Part shown: in pieces, positions 25,411 through 32,407 of the stretch
How positions within the stretch are numbered: the first letter of the stretch is position 1
Layout: each line of letters starts with the position of its first letter
Origin: Candidatus Bipolaricaulota bacterium
Lineage (GTDB): Bacteria > Bipolaricaulota > Bipolaricaulia > Bipolaricaulales > Bipolaricaulaceae
Assembly (NCBI GenBank): GCA_021159405.1
Contig: JAGGRX010000021.1
Span: 1 to 32,407 of the forward strand
Length of the DNA: 32,407 bases
Reading direction: 5' to 3'
The notes under the pieces: model-generated
Databases searched by the model: none
Seen by the model: the letters and a program-made list of their open reading frames with translations, nothing else
What the model was told of the DNA's origin: nothing
Translations under genes and position numbers: made by a program

Positions 25411-25417
25411 TCGCTTT

Positions 25418-25505
25418 TGGTGCCGAGGGTGGGAATCGAACCCACACGCCCCCGCGGGGCACGGGATTTTGAGTCCCGCGCGTCTGCCAGTTCCGCCACC
25501 TCGGC
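25418..25505 (-). tRNA. tRNA-Leu (anticodon CAA), class II
   Basis: Acceptor GCCGAGG/CCTCGGC, anticodon stem CGGGA/TCCCG with loop CTCAAAA, long variable arm, T-loop GGTTCGATTCC, encoded CCA. Confidence 0.92.
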
Positions 25506-25514
25506 TCAACCCTT

Positions 25515-25520
25515 ATTATA
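25515..25520 (-). promoter_or_regulatory. Perfect TATAAT -10 box upstream of tRNA-Leu
   Basis: On the minus strand TATAAT ends 9 nt before the mature tRNA 5' end. There is no convincing -35 element (TCCCTT at 17-nt spacing). Confidence 0.3.
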
Positions 25521-25550
25521 CGCGCGGAAGCATTTGGAAGGGAGGCTGCC

Positions 25551-26273
25551 TTGAAGATCGCCGTATTTCGAGCGGAAGGCCTCACCGTAAAAGGAGCGGT
25601 GGTGGGAGAAGAAGCGGTTGGGCTGGGAAGGAGATGGCCACTTGAGGAGGTTCGTCTTCTTCCCCCGGTCAGGCCACAGAAGATCGTGTGTCTGGGCCGG
25701 AACTACCGTGCCCACGCCGAGGAACTGGGAAACGAGGTGCCCGAGCGCCCCTTGCTCTTCTTCAAGCCCCCGTCCGCGGTGATCGGGCCGGGGGACCCCA
25801 TCGTCCTACCTCGCTCCTCCCGCGTGGACTACGAAGGGGAACTCGCCGTGGTGATCGGCCGCCGTTGTCGCAACGTCAGGGCAAAAGACGCCTATGAGGT
25901 CATCCTGGGATACACGTGCCTGAACGACGTCACCGACCGGGATGCCCAAGGATGGGAACGAAACTGGGTCCGGGCCAAGGGGTTCGATACCTCATGTCCG
26001 TTGGGCCCTTGGATCGTGACCCAGGATGAGCTTTCCTTCCCGCTCACCATCGAGACCTATGTGAACGGGGAGCTCCGCCAGCGGGGGACCACCGACGAGC
26101 TCGTCTTTCCCATCCCCGAGATCGTCGAGGAGGTCAGCTCGTTTATGACCCTGGAGGAGGGAGACGTGATCGCCACCGGCACCCCGGCCGGGGTGGGTCC
26201 CCTCTCCCCTGGGGATCAAGTGGAGGTGAGGATCTCCGGGATCGGGAGCCTGGTAAATCCGGTGAAGAAGTGA
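25551..26273 (+). CDS. Fumarylacetoacetate hydrolase (FAH) family protein
   Basis: 240 aa with a TTG start preceded by GGAAGGGAGG. FAH-fold blocks: KIVCLGRNYRAHAEE, FFKPPSAVIGPGDPIVLP, DYEGELAVVIG, NDVTDRD, GDVIATGTPAGVG. Confidence 0.85.
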   Translation: MKIAVFRAEGLTVKGAVVGEEAVGLGRRWPLEEVRLLPPVRPQKIVCLGRNYRAHAEELGNEVPERPLLFFKPPSAVIGPGDPIVLPRSSRVDYEGELAVVIGRRCRNVRAKDAYEVILGYTCLNDVTDRDAQGWERNWVRAKGFDTSCPLGPWIVTQDELSFPLTIETYVNGELRQRGTTDELVFPIPEIVEEVSSFMTLEEGDVIATGTPAGVGPLSPGDQVEVRISGIGSLVNPVKK

Positions 26274-26279
26274 AACAGG

Positions 26280-26295
26280 GGGCCGCGCGCGGCCC
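26280..26295. terminator. 16-nt perfect GC palindrome between convergent genes (possible bidirectional terminator)
   Basis: GGGCCGCGCGCGGCCC is its own reverse complement. It lies in the 30-nt gap between the FAH stop (26273) and the OsmC stop (26304). No U-tracts. Confidence 0.3.
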
Positions 26296-26303
26296 TCGAT
26301 AGC

Positions 26304-26702
26304 TCAGGAAAGCTCGAGATTCACCGAGTTCGCCACCTTGAGGGTCTGTCCCACGAGACACCCCTCCACGAACGCCCTCGCCTTAGAACGCTTTTCCTCG
26401 GGGAGCCCGGGGATGTGCACCCGGACGGTGAAGTTCCCGAGGCGCATAGGGGACTGGAGCGTCTCCGCCTCGGCCACCGCCTCGATGCCCTCTGCGGGGA
26501 GCCCCTCCCGATCGGCGAACATCTTGGCGAAGATCCCCGAACAGGCTGCTAGCGCCGCCAGGAGCAGCTCTGGAGGGGTGGGACCCAGGTCCTTCCCTCC
26601 CTTGGCCGGGGGAAGGTCGGTGGTGAGCTCATGCCCCCGGACCTTGATCGTGAACGCAAGGCCTTCCTTCCAAGTTGCGGTTGCTCTTGTCTTTTCCGCC
26701 AT
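26304..26702 (-). CDS. OsmC/Ohr family peroxiredoxin-like protein
   Basis: Start trimmed to ATG 26702 (RBS AAAGGAGA). Blocks GGKDLGPTPPELLLAALAACSG and FVEGCLVGQT carry the two conserved Cys. Confidence 0.85.
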   Translation of the reverse strand: MAEKTRATATWKEGLAFTIKVRGHELTTDLPPAKGGKDLGPTPPELLLAALAACSGIFAKMFADREGLPAEGIEAVAEAETLQSPMRLGNFTVRVHIPGLPEEKRSKARAFVEGCLVGQTLKVANSVNLELS

Positions 26703-26716
26703 GGTTCTCCTTTCGT

Positions 26717-27493
26717 TTAACGTTGGCACTGCGGGCAAAAGTACGTGCTTCTGCCCGCGATCTTCACCCGCCGGATGGGGGACCCGCAAGCGTAGCAAGG
26801 TTCCCCTTCCCGGCCGTACACCGCAAGCTTAACCTGAAATGCCCCGGGCTCCCCGGTGGGGACGCGGTACTCGGCGTCGGCGAGCGTGGTGCCCCGGCCG
26901 GAGATCGCCTCCTTAAGCACCTCCGGGATGGCCTTGATCAAGCGCTGCACCTCCTCTTCAGCGAGGGCCCGGGCCGGCCGGCGGGGATCGATCCCGGCCC
27001 GGAAGAGGATCTCGGCCGCGTAGATGTTCCCGATCCCGGCGATCTTCCGCTGATCGAGAAGCCAAGCCTTGATCGGCATCCTACTTTTCGCAAGCTCGCA
27101 AGACAGCCAAGACAAATCCCCAAACGGCTCCGGTCCAAGTGGCTTTTCGAACCTTTCCACGAACTCCACCGTGGCCAACCGCCTCCGGTCAACCAGGTAC
27201 ACGCTCCCGTGCGGAAAGCGCAACGCCAGCCGCACCCTTCCCTCGGGCACCCCCGACTTGCACCAGACAAGCCTCCCGGACATGCGCAGGTGCACCACCA
27301 ATGTGCCCTTCCCTAGCTCGATCAGGATGTATTTCCCGCGCCGGGAAAGACGCCGCACCTGGGCCGGCAGGGAGAGGGGTTTGATACCTGGGAGGAGCGC
27401 GGGGTCATAGGCTTCGGTGGACTCAAGCAGGCGGCCTTCGATATGCGGGCGCAGGGCCCGGACGATGGTCTCCACTTCGGGGAGCTCCGGCAT
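26717..27493 (-). CDS. mutM: Formamidopyrimidine-DNA glycosylase
   Basis: N-terminal MPELPEVETI. H2TH region GIGNIYAAEILFRAGI. C-terminal zinc finger CYACGSPI...GRSTYFCPQCQ. Confidence 0.93.
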   Translation of the reverse strand: MPELPEVETIVRALRPHIEGRLLESTEAYDPALLPGIKPLSLPAQVRRLSRRGKYILIELGKGTLVVHLRMSGRLVWCKSGVPEGRVRLALRFPHGSVYLVDRRRLATVEFVERFEKPLGPEPFGDLSWLSCELAKSRMPIKAWLLDQRKIAGIGNIYAAEILFRAGIDPRRPARALAEEEVQRLIKAIPEVLKEAISGRGTTLADAEYRVPTGEPGAFQVKLAVYGREGEPCYACGSPIRRVKIAGRSTYFCPQCQR

Positions 27494-28623
27494 CAGCGGC
27501 TCCGTATCTGCTCGAACACCGCGAGGAGCTTGCGGGTGGACATCTCGGTGGAGAGCTCTCGGGCGGTCCGCAGGGCCCCCTCCCGGAGGCGCTCCCGCAG
27601 CGAGGCATCGGCAAGGAGCTCCAGCACGGCTTCGGCGTAGCGGACCTCGTCCTCCGGGGCACAGAGGGCGTTTTCCCGGTCGCGCACGATGTCCTTGACC
27701 CCCATCTCCGGGATCGCCACCACCGGCAGTCCCGCGGCCATGGCCTCGAGCACCACCATCCCTTGGGTCTCGGTCTTGGAGGCGAACACAAACAGATCCG
27801 CCTGGCGGTAGTAGTCCACAAGCCGGTCATGTCCGATGTAGCCGGGGAACAGGACCCTTCTGGCCACCCCAAGCCGGCTTGCCTCGTGCACCAGATCCTC
27901 GGCGGACGGGCCTCCCCCGATCATGACCAGGAGCACATCCGGACGCCTGAGCGCCACCTCCCGGAACATCCTGAGCAAAAAGAACACGTTCTTTTCAGGG
28001 GCCAGCCGCCCCACGTAGAGGAGAATCGGGGCCCGGTCAGGGAGGGCGAGATCCGCACGCAGGTCATGCTGGATGGGGCGGGAGAAGAGCCGCAGGTTGA
28101 CCCCGAACGGAAATACATGGATCGGTACCCGCACCCCATAGCGCAGAAGCTCGTCCCTGACAGGGGTGGACTCTACTGTAACCACATCGCATTGGTTGCA
28201 AAATACCGCGGATATGACCTCGGCCGTCCGCCGGGGAGGGCGCAGCGGGGGTGGAAGATAGTGCCTGTAGGCCACGTACAGGGTGTGATAGGTGTGGACG
28301 TGGGGGATGCGGCCCCGCCGCGCCGCCCACAGGGCCAGGGCACCTAAAGAGAACGGGGTGTGGGAGTGGATGGCATCCAGCTCCCCCAGGATCCTCCGCG
28401 CCCGGAGCGGTATGGGAAAAGCCACCCGCGACTTCCGGTGGAACAGGAACGTGACCGCCGGAAGCCGGATCACACGGGGATCGGGCTTTTCCCTGCCGTA
28501 GTGGGGGCAGAAAACGTACACCTCGTGTCCGGTACGCTCCAGCTCCTCTCGAAGCCAGTGCACCGTGGTCGTCACCCCGTTGATCTCGGGGAGATAGGTG
28601 TCCGAAAACAGGCCGATCCTCAC
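27493..28623 (-). CDS. GT4-family (GT-B fold) glycosyltransferase
   Basis: MRIGLFSDTYLPEINGVTTTV N-terminus. C-terminal EX7E region ETQGMVVLEAMAAGLPVVA. Its stop overlaps the mutM ATG by 1 nt (TGATG). Confidence 0.85.
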   Translation of the reverse strand: MRIGLFSDTYLPEINGVTTTVHWLREELERTGHEVYVFCPHYGREKPDPRVIRLPAVTFLFHRKSRVAFPIPLRARRILGELDAIHSHTPFSLGALALWAARRGRIPHVHTYHTLYVAYRHYLPPPLRPPRRTAEVISAVFCNQCDVVTVESTPVRDELLRYGVRVPIHVFPFGVNLRLFSRPIQHDLRADLALPDRAPILLYVGRLAPEKNVFFLLRMFREVALRRPDVLLVMIGGGPSAEDLVHEASRLGVARRVLFPGYIGHDRLVDYYRQADLFVFASKTETQGMVVLEAMAAGLPVVAIPEMGVKDIVRDRENALCAPEDEVRYAEAVLELLADASLRERLREGALRTARELSTEMSTRKLLAVFEQIRSR

Positions 28624-28638
28624 GGCAAGACCCTCCTG

Positions 28639-30135
28639 TTACGTTTCTTTGTAGATCAGCTTGCCCTCGAGGAAGGTCATATACACCCGGACCCTGTCCC
28701 AGGGGACATTCCGCGGGTCGGCGGAGAGCACCACCAGGTCGGCCCGCCTGCCAGGGGATATTCCCCCAATTTCTCCCTCGGCACACGTGGCGTAGGCCCC
28801 GCCCCAGGTGTAGGCCTGGAGGGCCTCCTCCAAGGGGAGCCGCTGGACCGCATGGGGCGGATCCGTCGCCCCGGGGAGCCCGTAAAGTGGTCCCATAGGC
28901 ATCCCGTCGGAGCCGAACGCCAGCGGGATGCCCCGGTCCACCACCCAGGCATGGGGGTCGATCACCTCGTCCCGCGCTTTCCCCAGGCGGGCCTCGTACA
29001 TCTTCCCCGGCCCGGACCAGCGGGCCACGAAATTGGGCTGCATGGAGGCGACCAGGCCCAGCCTTGCCATGCGATCCAGCTGCTCCTCCGTGGGAAGCTC
29101 AAGGTGCTCGATCCGATGGCGTCCCTCCGGCCCCACGCCGGCGAGTTCGCAGGCGGAGATCGCCTCCTCGATGGCCAGGTCCCCGATGGCGTGGATCGCG
29201 ACCTGAAGCCCGGCCCCATCGGCCCGGCGCAGGATGTGGGAGAGCTCGTCTCGGGAGAGGAGGAGCTGTCCTTGCCCCCCGCCATCGGCGTAGGGAAGGG
29301 AGACGGCCGCGCTCCTGGCCCCGATGGAGCCGTCCACGAAGGCCTTTACCCCCTGCACACGCACGAACTCGGTGCCAAACCCCCGGCGGACACCGAGCCC
29401 GAGGAGATGGTCGAGCTCCTCCACCGGGAGGTAGAGGAAGACCCGGGTGGTGAGGAGTCCCCGGTCCTCGGCGAGCTGAAAGGCCGAAAGCACGTCCGGC
29501 CCCCCCATATCCGCCACCGCCGTGATCCCCAGGCTCGCCGCGTAGCGGGAGGCCGCCGCGGCGGCCTCCACCAACATCTCCTGGTCCGGTTTGGCACAGT
29601 CGAGAAGGGCCTCCGCCGCTTCCTCCCACAGGTGCCCCCGGGCCCGGTCCACGTGCTCCCCCTCCGGGCGGCCGCAGCGCGCCAAGGCCAAGGTGTTGGC
29701 CACCACCAGGTGTCCGTCCACCCGCACTGCGCACGCCGGCGCTTTGGGGACTGCCCGGTCCAGGTCCCTCCGCTCCAGGTACCTGCGCTCGGGCCAGGTG
29801 GACTCGTCCCAGCCCCGGGCCACCACCCACTCCCCGGGCCGGGCCCGCGCCGCCTGGGCGAGCATGTCCAGCGCCTCGGGGAGCGAGCTCGCCTGGGAGA
29901 GATCAACGTAGAAGGTTCGGTCGAGTCCTGTTTTCAAAAAGTGGGTATGGGCGTCGAAGAAGCCGGGAAGGAGCGGACGGCCCTCAAGGTCGATGAGCTG
30001 TGTCTCCGGGCCCCGCAGCCTGAGGATCTCCTCGCTTTTTCCCACCGCATGGATGCGCCCGCAGCGAACCGCCACCGCATCCCCAGGGCTTCCCAGGAGA
30101 AGGCAGCCGTGGTATAAGATGACATCGGCCGACAT
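28639..30135 (-). CDS. Amidohydrolase-family metal-dependent hydrolase (YtcJ / amidohydrolase-3-like)
   Basis: 498 aa. N-terminal beta-sandwich (ILYHGCLLLG...GRIHAVG), HxH (FFDAHTHF), HAIGD, FGSDG, and C-terminal ADLVVLSADP. Confidence 0.85.
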   Translation of the reverse strand: MSADVILYHGCLLLGSPGDAVAVRCGRIHAVGKSEEILRLRGPETQLIDLEGRPLLPGFFDAHTHFLKTGLDRTFYVDLSQASSLPEALDMLAQAARARPGEWVVARGWDESTWPERRYLERRDLDRAVPKAPACAVRVDGHLVVANTLALARCGRPEGEHVDRARGHLWEEAAEALLDCAKPDQEMLVEAAAAASRYAASLGITAVADMGGPDVLSAFQLAEDRGLLTTRVFLYLPVEELDHLLGLGVRRGFGTEFVRVQGVKAFVDGSIGARSAAVSLPYADGGGQGQLLLSRDELSHILRRADGAGLQVAIHAIGDLAIEEAISACELAGVGPEGRHRIEHLELPTEEQLDRMARLGLVASMQPNFVARWSGPGKMYEARLGKARDEVIDPHAWVVDRGIPLAFGSDGMPMGPLYGLPGATDPPHAVQRLPLEEALQAYTWGGAYATCAEGEIGGISPGRRADLVVLSADPRNVPWDRVRVYMTFLEGKLIYKET

Positions 30136-31180
30136 GGCTTTGGATTATAGCGAGGAGCCTTCCGTGGACACGCAGGTTTTGGACTGCAGCGCCGCCGGGA
30201 TCGCCAAGGCGGCGGAGATCGTCCGGGCTGGGGGCCTGGTGGCATTCCCCACCGAGACGGTGTATGGGCTGGGGGCAAACGCCCTGTCCGCCCAGGCCGT
30301 GGCCAGGATCTTCGAGGCCAAGGGGCGGCCCCGGTTCGACCCGATCATCGTGCACGTGGCGGGCCCAAAGGAGGCCGAGCCCCTGTGGGCAGAGGTTCCA
30401 CCCTTGGCCCGGGCCCTCATGGCCCGCTTTTGGCCCGGCCCCCTCACCTTGGTCCTCCCAAAGTCCGGGCTGATCCCAGAGATCGTGACCGCTGGCCTGC
30501 CCACGGTGGCGGTGAGGATGCCCGACCACCCCATGGCCCTGGCCCTCATCCGCGAGGCCGGCTGTCCCATCGCCGCCCCCAGCGCCAACCGGTTCGGCCG
30601 GCCCAGCCCTACCCACCACGACCACGTGCTCGATTACCTGGCCGGGAGGATAGAAGCGGTGCTCGCTTGCGGCCCCACCCCAGTGGGGATCGAGTCCACC
30701 GTCGTGTCCTTGGTGGAGACCCCGCCCCGGGTGCTAAGGCCCGGAGGCACCCCGCTTGAAGCCCTGCGGGAAGTGGTGGGGGAGCTGCGGGTGGATCCAC
30801 CTCGGGTGAGCCAGGGGGCAGCCCCAGCCCCGGGAACCCTGCCCCGGCACTATGTTCCCCAGATCCCGCTGTTCCTCCTCGAGCCCGGCCCTCCCGAAGG
30901 CAGAGAAAAACTGCCCCGCCGCCGGTGCGGCATCCTGGCCTTCCGAGGGGAGTGGCACGACTTCGGACGCGTGGAGGTGCTGTCCCAGTCGGGGGACCTC
31001 AGGGAGGCGGCAGCGAACTTCTTCGCGGCCCTGCATGAGCTTGATCGGGCGGGGCTTTCCGCCATCGTGGCCGAGCCGGTTCCCGAGGAAGGGCTTGGGG
31101 TGGCGATCATGGACCGGCTCAGACGAGCTGCCTCAGGCCGGGCCCGCCTGGACGACGAGTTCGTCTGGATCGTAAGATAA
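30134..31180 (+). CDS. tsaC: L-threonylcarbamoyladenylate synthase (Sua5/YwlC-type TsaC with C-terminal Sua5 domain)
   Basis: YrdC-domain blocks GGLVAFPTETVYGLGANA, KGRPRFDPIIVHV, FWPGPLTLVL, VAVRMPDHP, PSANRFGRPSPT, followed by a ~130-aa Sua5 C-terminal domain. The start is ambiguous (ATG 30119, ATG 30134 or GTG 30164). Confidence 0.9.
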   Translation: MALDYSEEPSVDTQVLDCSAAGIAKAAEIVRAGGLVAFPTETVYGLGANALSAQAVARIFEAKGRPRFDPIIVHVAGPKEAEPLWAEVPPLARALMARFWPGPLTLVLPKSGLIPEIVTAGLPTVAVRMPDHPMALALIREAGCPIAAPSANRFGRPSPTHHDHVLDYLAGRIEAVLACGPTPVGIESTVVSLVETPPRVLRPGGTPLEALREVVGELRVDPPRVSQGAAPAPGTLPRHYVPQIPLFLLEPGPPEGREKLPRRRCGILAFRGEWHDFGRVEVLSQSGDLREAAANFFAALHELDRAGLSAIVAEPVPEEGLGVAIMDRLRRAASGRARLDDEFVWIVR

Positions 31181-31186
31181 GGAAGT

Positions 31187-31708
31187 ATGAAGCTAACCGG
31201 AAAGCGGGTGGCGGTGTTGGTGGCGGACCTCTACCAGGAACTTGAGTTCTGGTATCCATACTACCGACTCATCGAAGAGGGAGCGCAGGTCGTGGCGGTG
31301 GGCCCTGAGGCCCGGGAGTACAAGAGCAAGCTGGGGTACCCGGCCAAGGCGGACCTTTCGGGGAAGGAGGCCCGGGCCCAGGACTTCGACGCCGTGATCA
31401 TCCCCGGGGGCTACGCCCCGGACTACATGAGGAGGAGCCCGGAGCTGGTGGCGTTCGTGCGCGAAATGGCCGAGTCCGGGAAGGTAGTGGCCGCCATCTG
31501 CCACGGGGGCTGGATGCTGTGCTCGGCCCGGGTGGTGCGGGGGAAGCGGGTCACCAGCTTCTACGCCATCCGGGACGATCTGGAAAACGCCGGGGCAACC
31601 TGGGTGGACGAGCCGGTGGTGCGGGACGGGAACCTCATCACCTCCCGCGTCCCAAGCGACCTCCCCGCCTTCCTGCGCGAGATCATCTCCGCCTTGACTG
31701 AGGGCTAG
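31187..31708 (+). CDS. PfpI/DJ-1 family protein (type 1 glutamine amidotransferase-like)
   Basis: 173 aa. GKRVAVLVAD, FDAVIIPGGYAPD, nucleophile elbow AAICHGGWML, DGNLITSR. Confidence 0.9.
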   Translation: MKLTGKRVAVLVADLYQELEFWYPYYRLIEEGAQVVAVGPEAREYKSKLGYPAKADLSGKEARAQDFDAVIIPGGYAPDYMRRSPELVAFVREMAESGKVVAAICHGGWMLCSARVVRGKRVTSFYAIRDDLENAGATWVDEPVVRDGNLITSRVPSDLPAFLREIISALTEG

Positions 31709-31737
31709 CGCCTTTCCGGCTTCGTCCGACCTCAAAC

Positions 31738-32106
31738 CTAAATCCGTGATGAGATAGCAGCCCATCGCTGCCTCGCCCCACATCCGGGCCGCTTGCTAGA
31801 ATACATCTTGGCCATCCGCATAACGAACCGCGGGCTGCCGGACGTCCTCCACTCAAGCAAATATCCGCTCTCACTTCGATTGCCTCTTTTCCGCCTCGGC
31901 CAGAGACGAAGAACCCCCCTTCGCGGTGCCCGCACCCGATCCAAAGTCTCCTGAGCGGGCCTCACTTCGCGGCATGTCCTGCCCTCAATACGTACAGGAT
32001 CCCATAGAGCACCTTGCGATCGTCGGCCCGAGGACGCCCAGTGTGGGCAGGTGGAGGCAGAAGCGGCCGAATCCTCTCTGCTCGTCGGTAAGTTTAGACC
32101 CTTCAT
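31738..32106 (-). pseudogene. Frameshifted remnant of an IS5-family (DUF4096-type N-terminus) transposase
   Basis: My own translation on the minus strand. Frame A gives M-K-G-S?-KLTDEQ from ATG 32106. After a 1-nt frame change it reads AERIRPLLPPPAHTGRPRADDRKVLYGILYVLRAG (about 31981-32075). This matches the LTDEQWxRIxPLLP...GRPRxDDRxVLxGILYVLRTG signature. It is then broken by a stop (GHAAK*) and further frame decay. No DDE domain and no terminal inverted repeats were identified. Confidence 0.55.
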
Positions 32107-32121
32107 TCTAACCAAAAGCAC

Positions 32122-32407
32122 TCACATGCCATATAAAACAATTGCTAGCACCCCAAACACCGCTTCAATTCCCATGAGCACGAGCACCAAAGTGCGCTCG
32201 TGGATCCCACCGGTGAGCTTCATGATGGCTTGGCATAAACCTTTCGGGCCATCCGCCGGACAATAAAGCTTGCCGTTCCTCAACTCACCAAAGCTCTTGG
32301 GAAAGCGGTGGGCAGCCTTGAATAGCAAATCGATTACATACGGAACAAACATGATAACACCTGCTGTCTCGAAGTTCCCCACGATGACTGCAGCGGCGAT
32401 GATCGCT
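32122..32407 (-). CDS. C-terminal part of a GT4-family (MraY/WecA/AglH-like) polyprenyl-phosphate sugar-phosphate transferase; N-terminus lies beyond the window end
   Basis: The frame is open to nt 32407 (..AIIAAAVIVGNFETAGVIMFVPYVIDLLFKAAHRFPKSFGELRNGKLYCPADGPKGLCQAIMKLTGGIHERTLVLVLMGIEAVFGVLAIVLYGM). The membrane-helix pattern resembles archaeal-type GlcNAc-1-P transferases. Visibly lower G+C than the rest of the window. Confidence 0.5.
   Translation of the reverse strand, partial: AIIAAAVIVGNFETAGVIMFVPYVIDLLFKAAHRFPKSFGELRNGKLYCPADGPKGLCQAIMKLTGGIHERTLVLVLMGIEAVFGVLAIVLYGM

Noticed and set aside
25242-25417. Possible small RNA or att site in the 176-nt gap downstream of tRNA-Leu
   Set aside because: Only one hairpin (25387-25410) is evident. 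I found no repeat of the tRNA 3' end and no promoter or terminator pair. The evidence is insufficient to call an ncRNA or integration scar.
28360-30117. 585-aa plus-strand ORF, and several 100-240-aa minus-strand ORFs in other frames across 28064..30625
   Set aside because: They are shadow frames of the amidohydrolase, GT4 and Sua5 genes. They are Gly/Pro/Arg-rich with no recognisable domains.
31738-32121. 127-aa minus-strand ORF from the track
   Set aside because: It is a composite reading frame running through the decayed IS5-type transposase remnant. The recognisable transposase signature is in other frames, so this ORF is not a functional gene.
1-32407. CRISPR arrays, rRNA genes, toxin-antitoxin pairs, restriction-modification or other recognisable defence systems
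   Set aside because: Visual scanning found no regularly spaced direct repeats, no rRNA-like segments, and no small paired ORFs or nuclease/methylase motifs. Apart from the modules listed above, the window is essentially core genome.

Overview
High-G+C bacterial chromosomal window (judged by eye, not computed). The proteins are rich in Glu/Arg/Lys/Leu, which suggests a thermophile. I cannot name the lineage. Most of the window is densely packed core genome. The minus strand from 14261 down to 5591 carries the classical cluster tRNA-Thr(UGU), tRNA-Tyr, tRNA-Thr(GGU), tuf, rpmG, tRNA-Trp, secE, nusG, rplK, rplA, rplJ, rplL, rpoB. rpoB is followed by a NUDIX gene rather than rpoC. The left end holds priA (3' part cut by the window edge), an MBL-fold hydrolase, an ArsB/NhaD-type permease and a divergent cation/H+ antiporter. 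To the right of the tRNA cluster lie: (i) a secreted M1 metallopeptidase with an extra C-terminal predicted beta-barrel, followed by an ABC ATPase and ABC-2 permease; (ii) an EF-G2-like paralogue, a CBS/ACT protein and YjbQ; (iii) two DUF47/PhoU-like genes flanking a secreted purple-acid-phosphatase-like gene; (iv) comEA, an unknown Cys/His-motif protein and tRNA-Leu(CAA); (v) housekeeping genes (FAH-family, OsmC, mutM, GT4 glycosyltransferase, amidohydrolase, Sua5/TsaC, PfpI/DJ-1). The last ~700 nt look lower in G+C. They contain a frameshifted IS5-family transposase remnant and the 3' part of a GT4 (MraY/WecA-type) phosphotransferase. I saw no CRISPR array, rRNA gene or intact mobile element, and no recognisable defence system. 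The most unusual items are the M1-peptidase/beta-barrel fusion with its ABC partners, the NusG with a large insertion, the rpoB-NUDIX junction without rpoC, a divergent EF-Tu switch I, and the DUF47-phosphatase-DUF47 module. All family assignments come from motif recognition by eye, not from searches.
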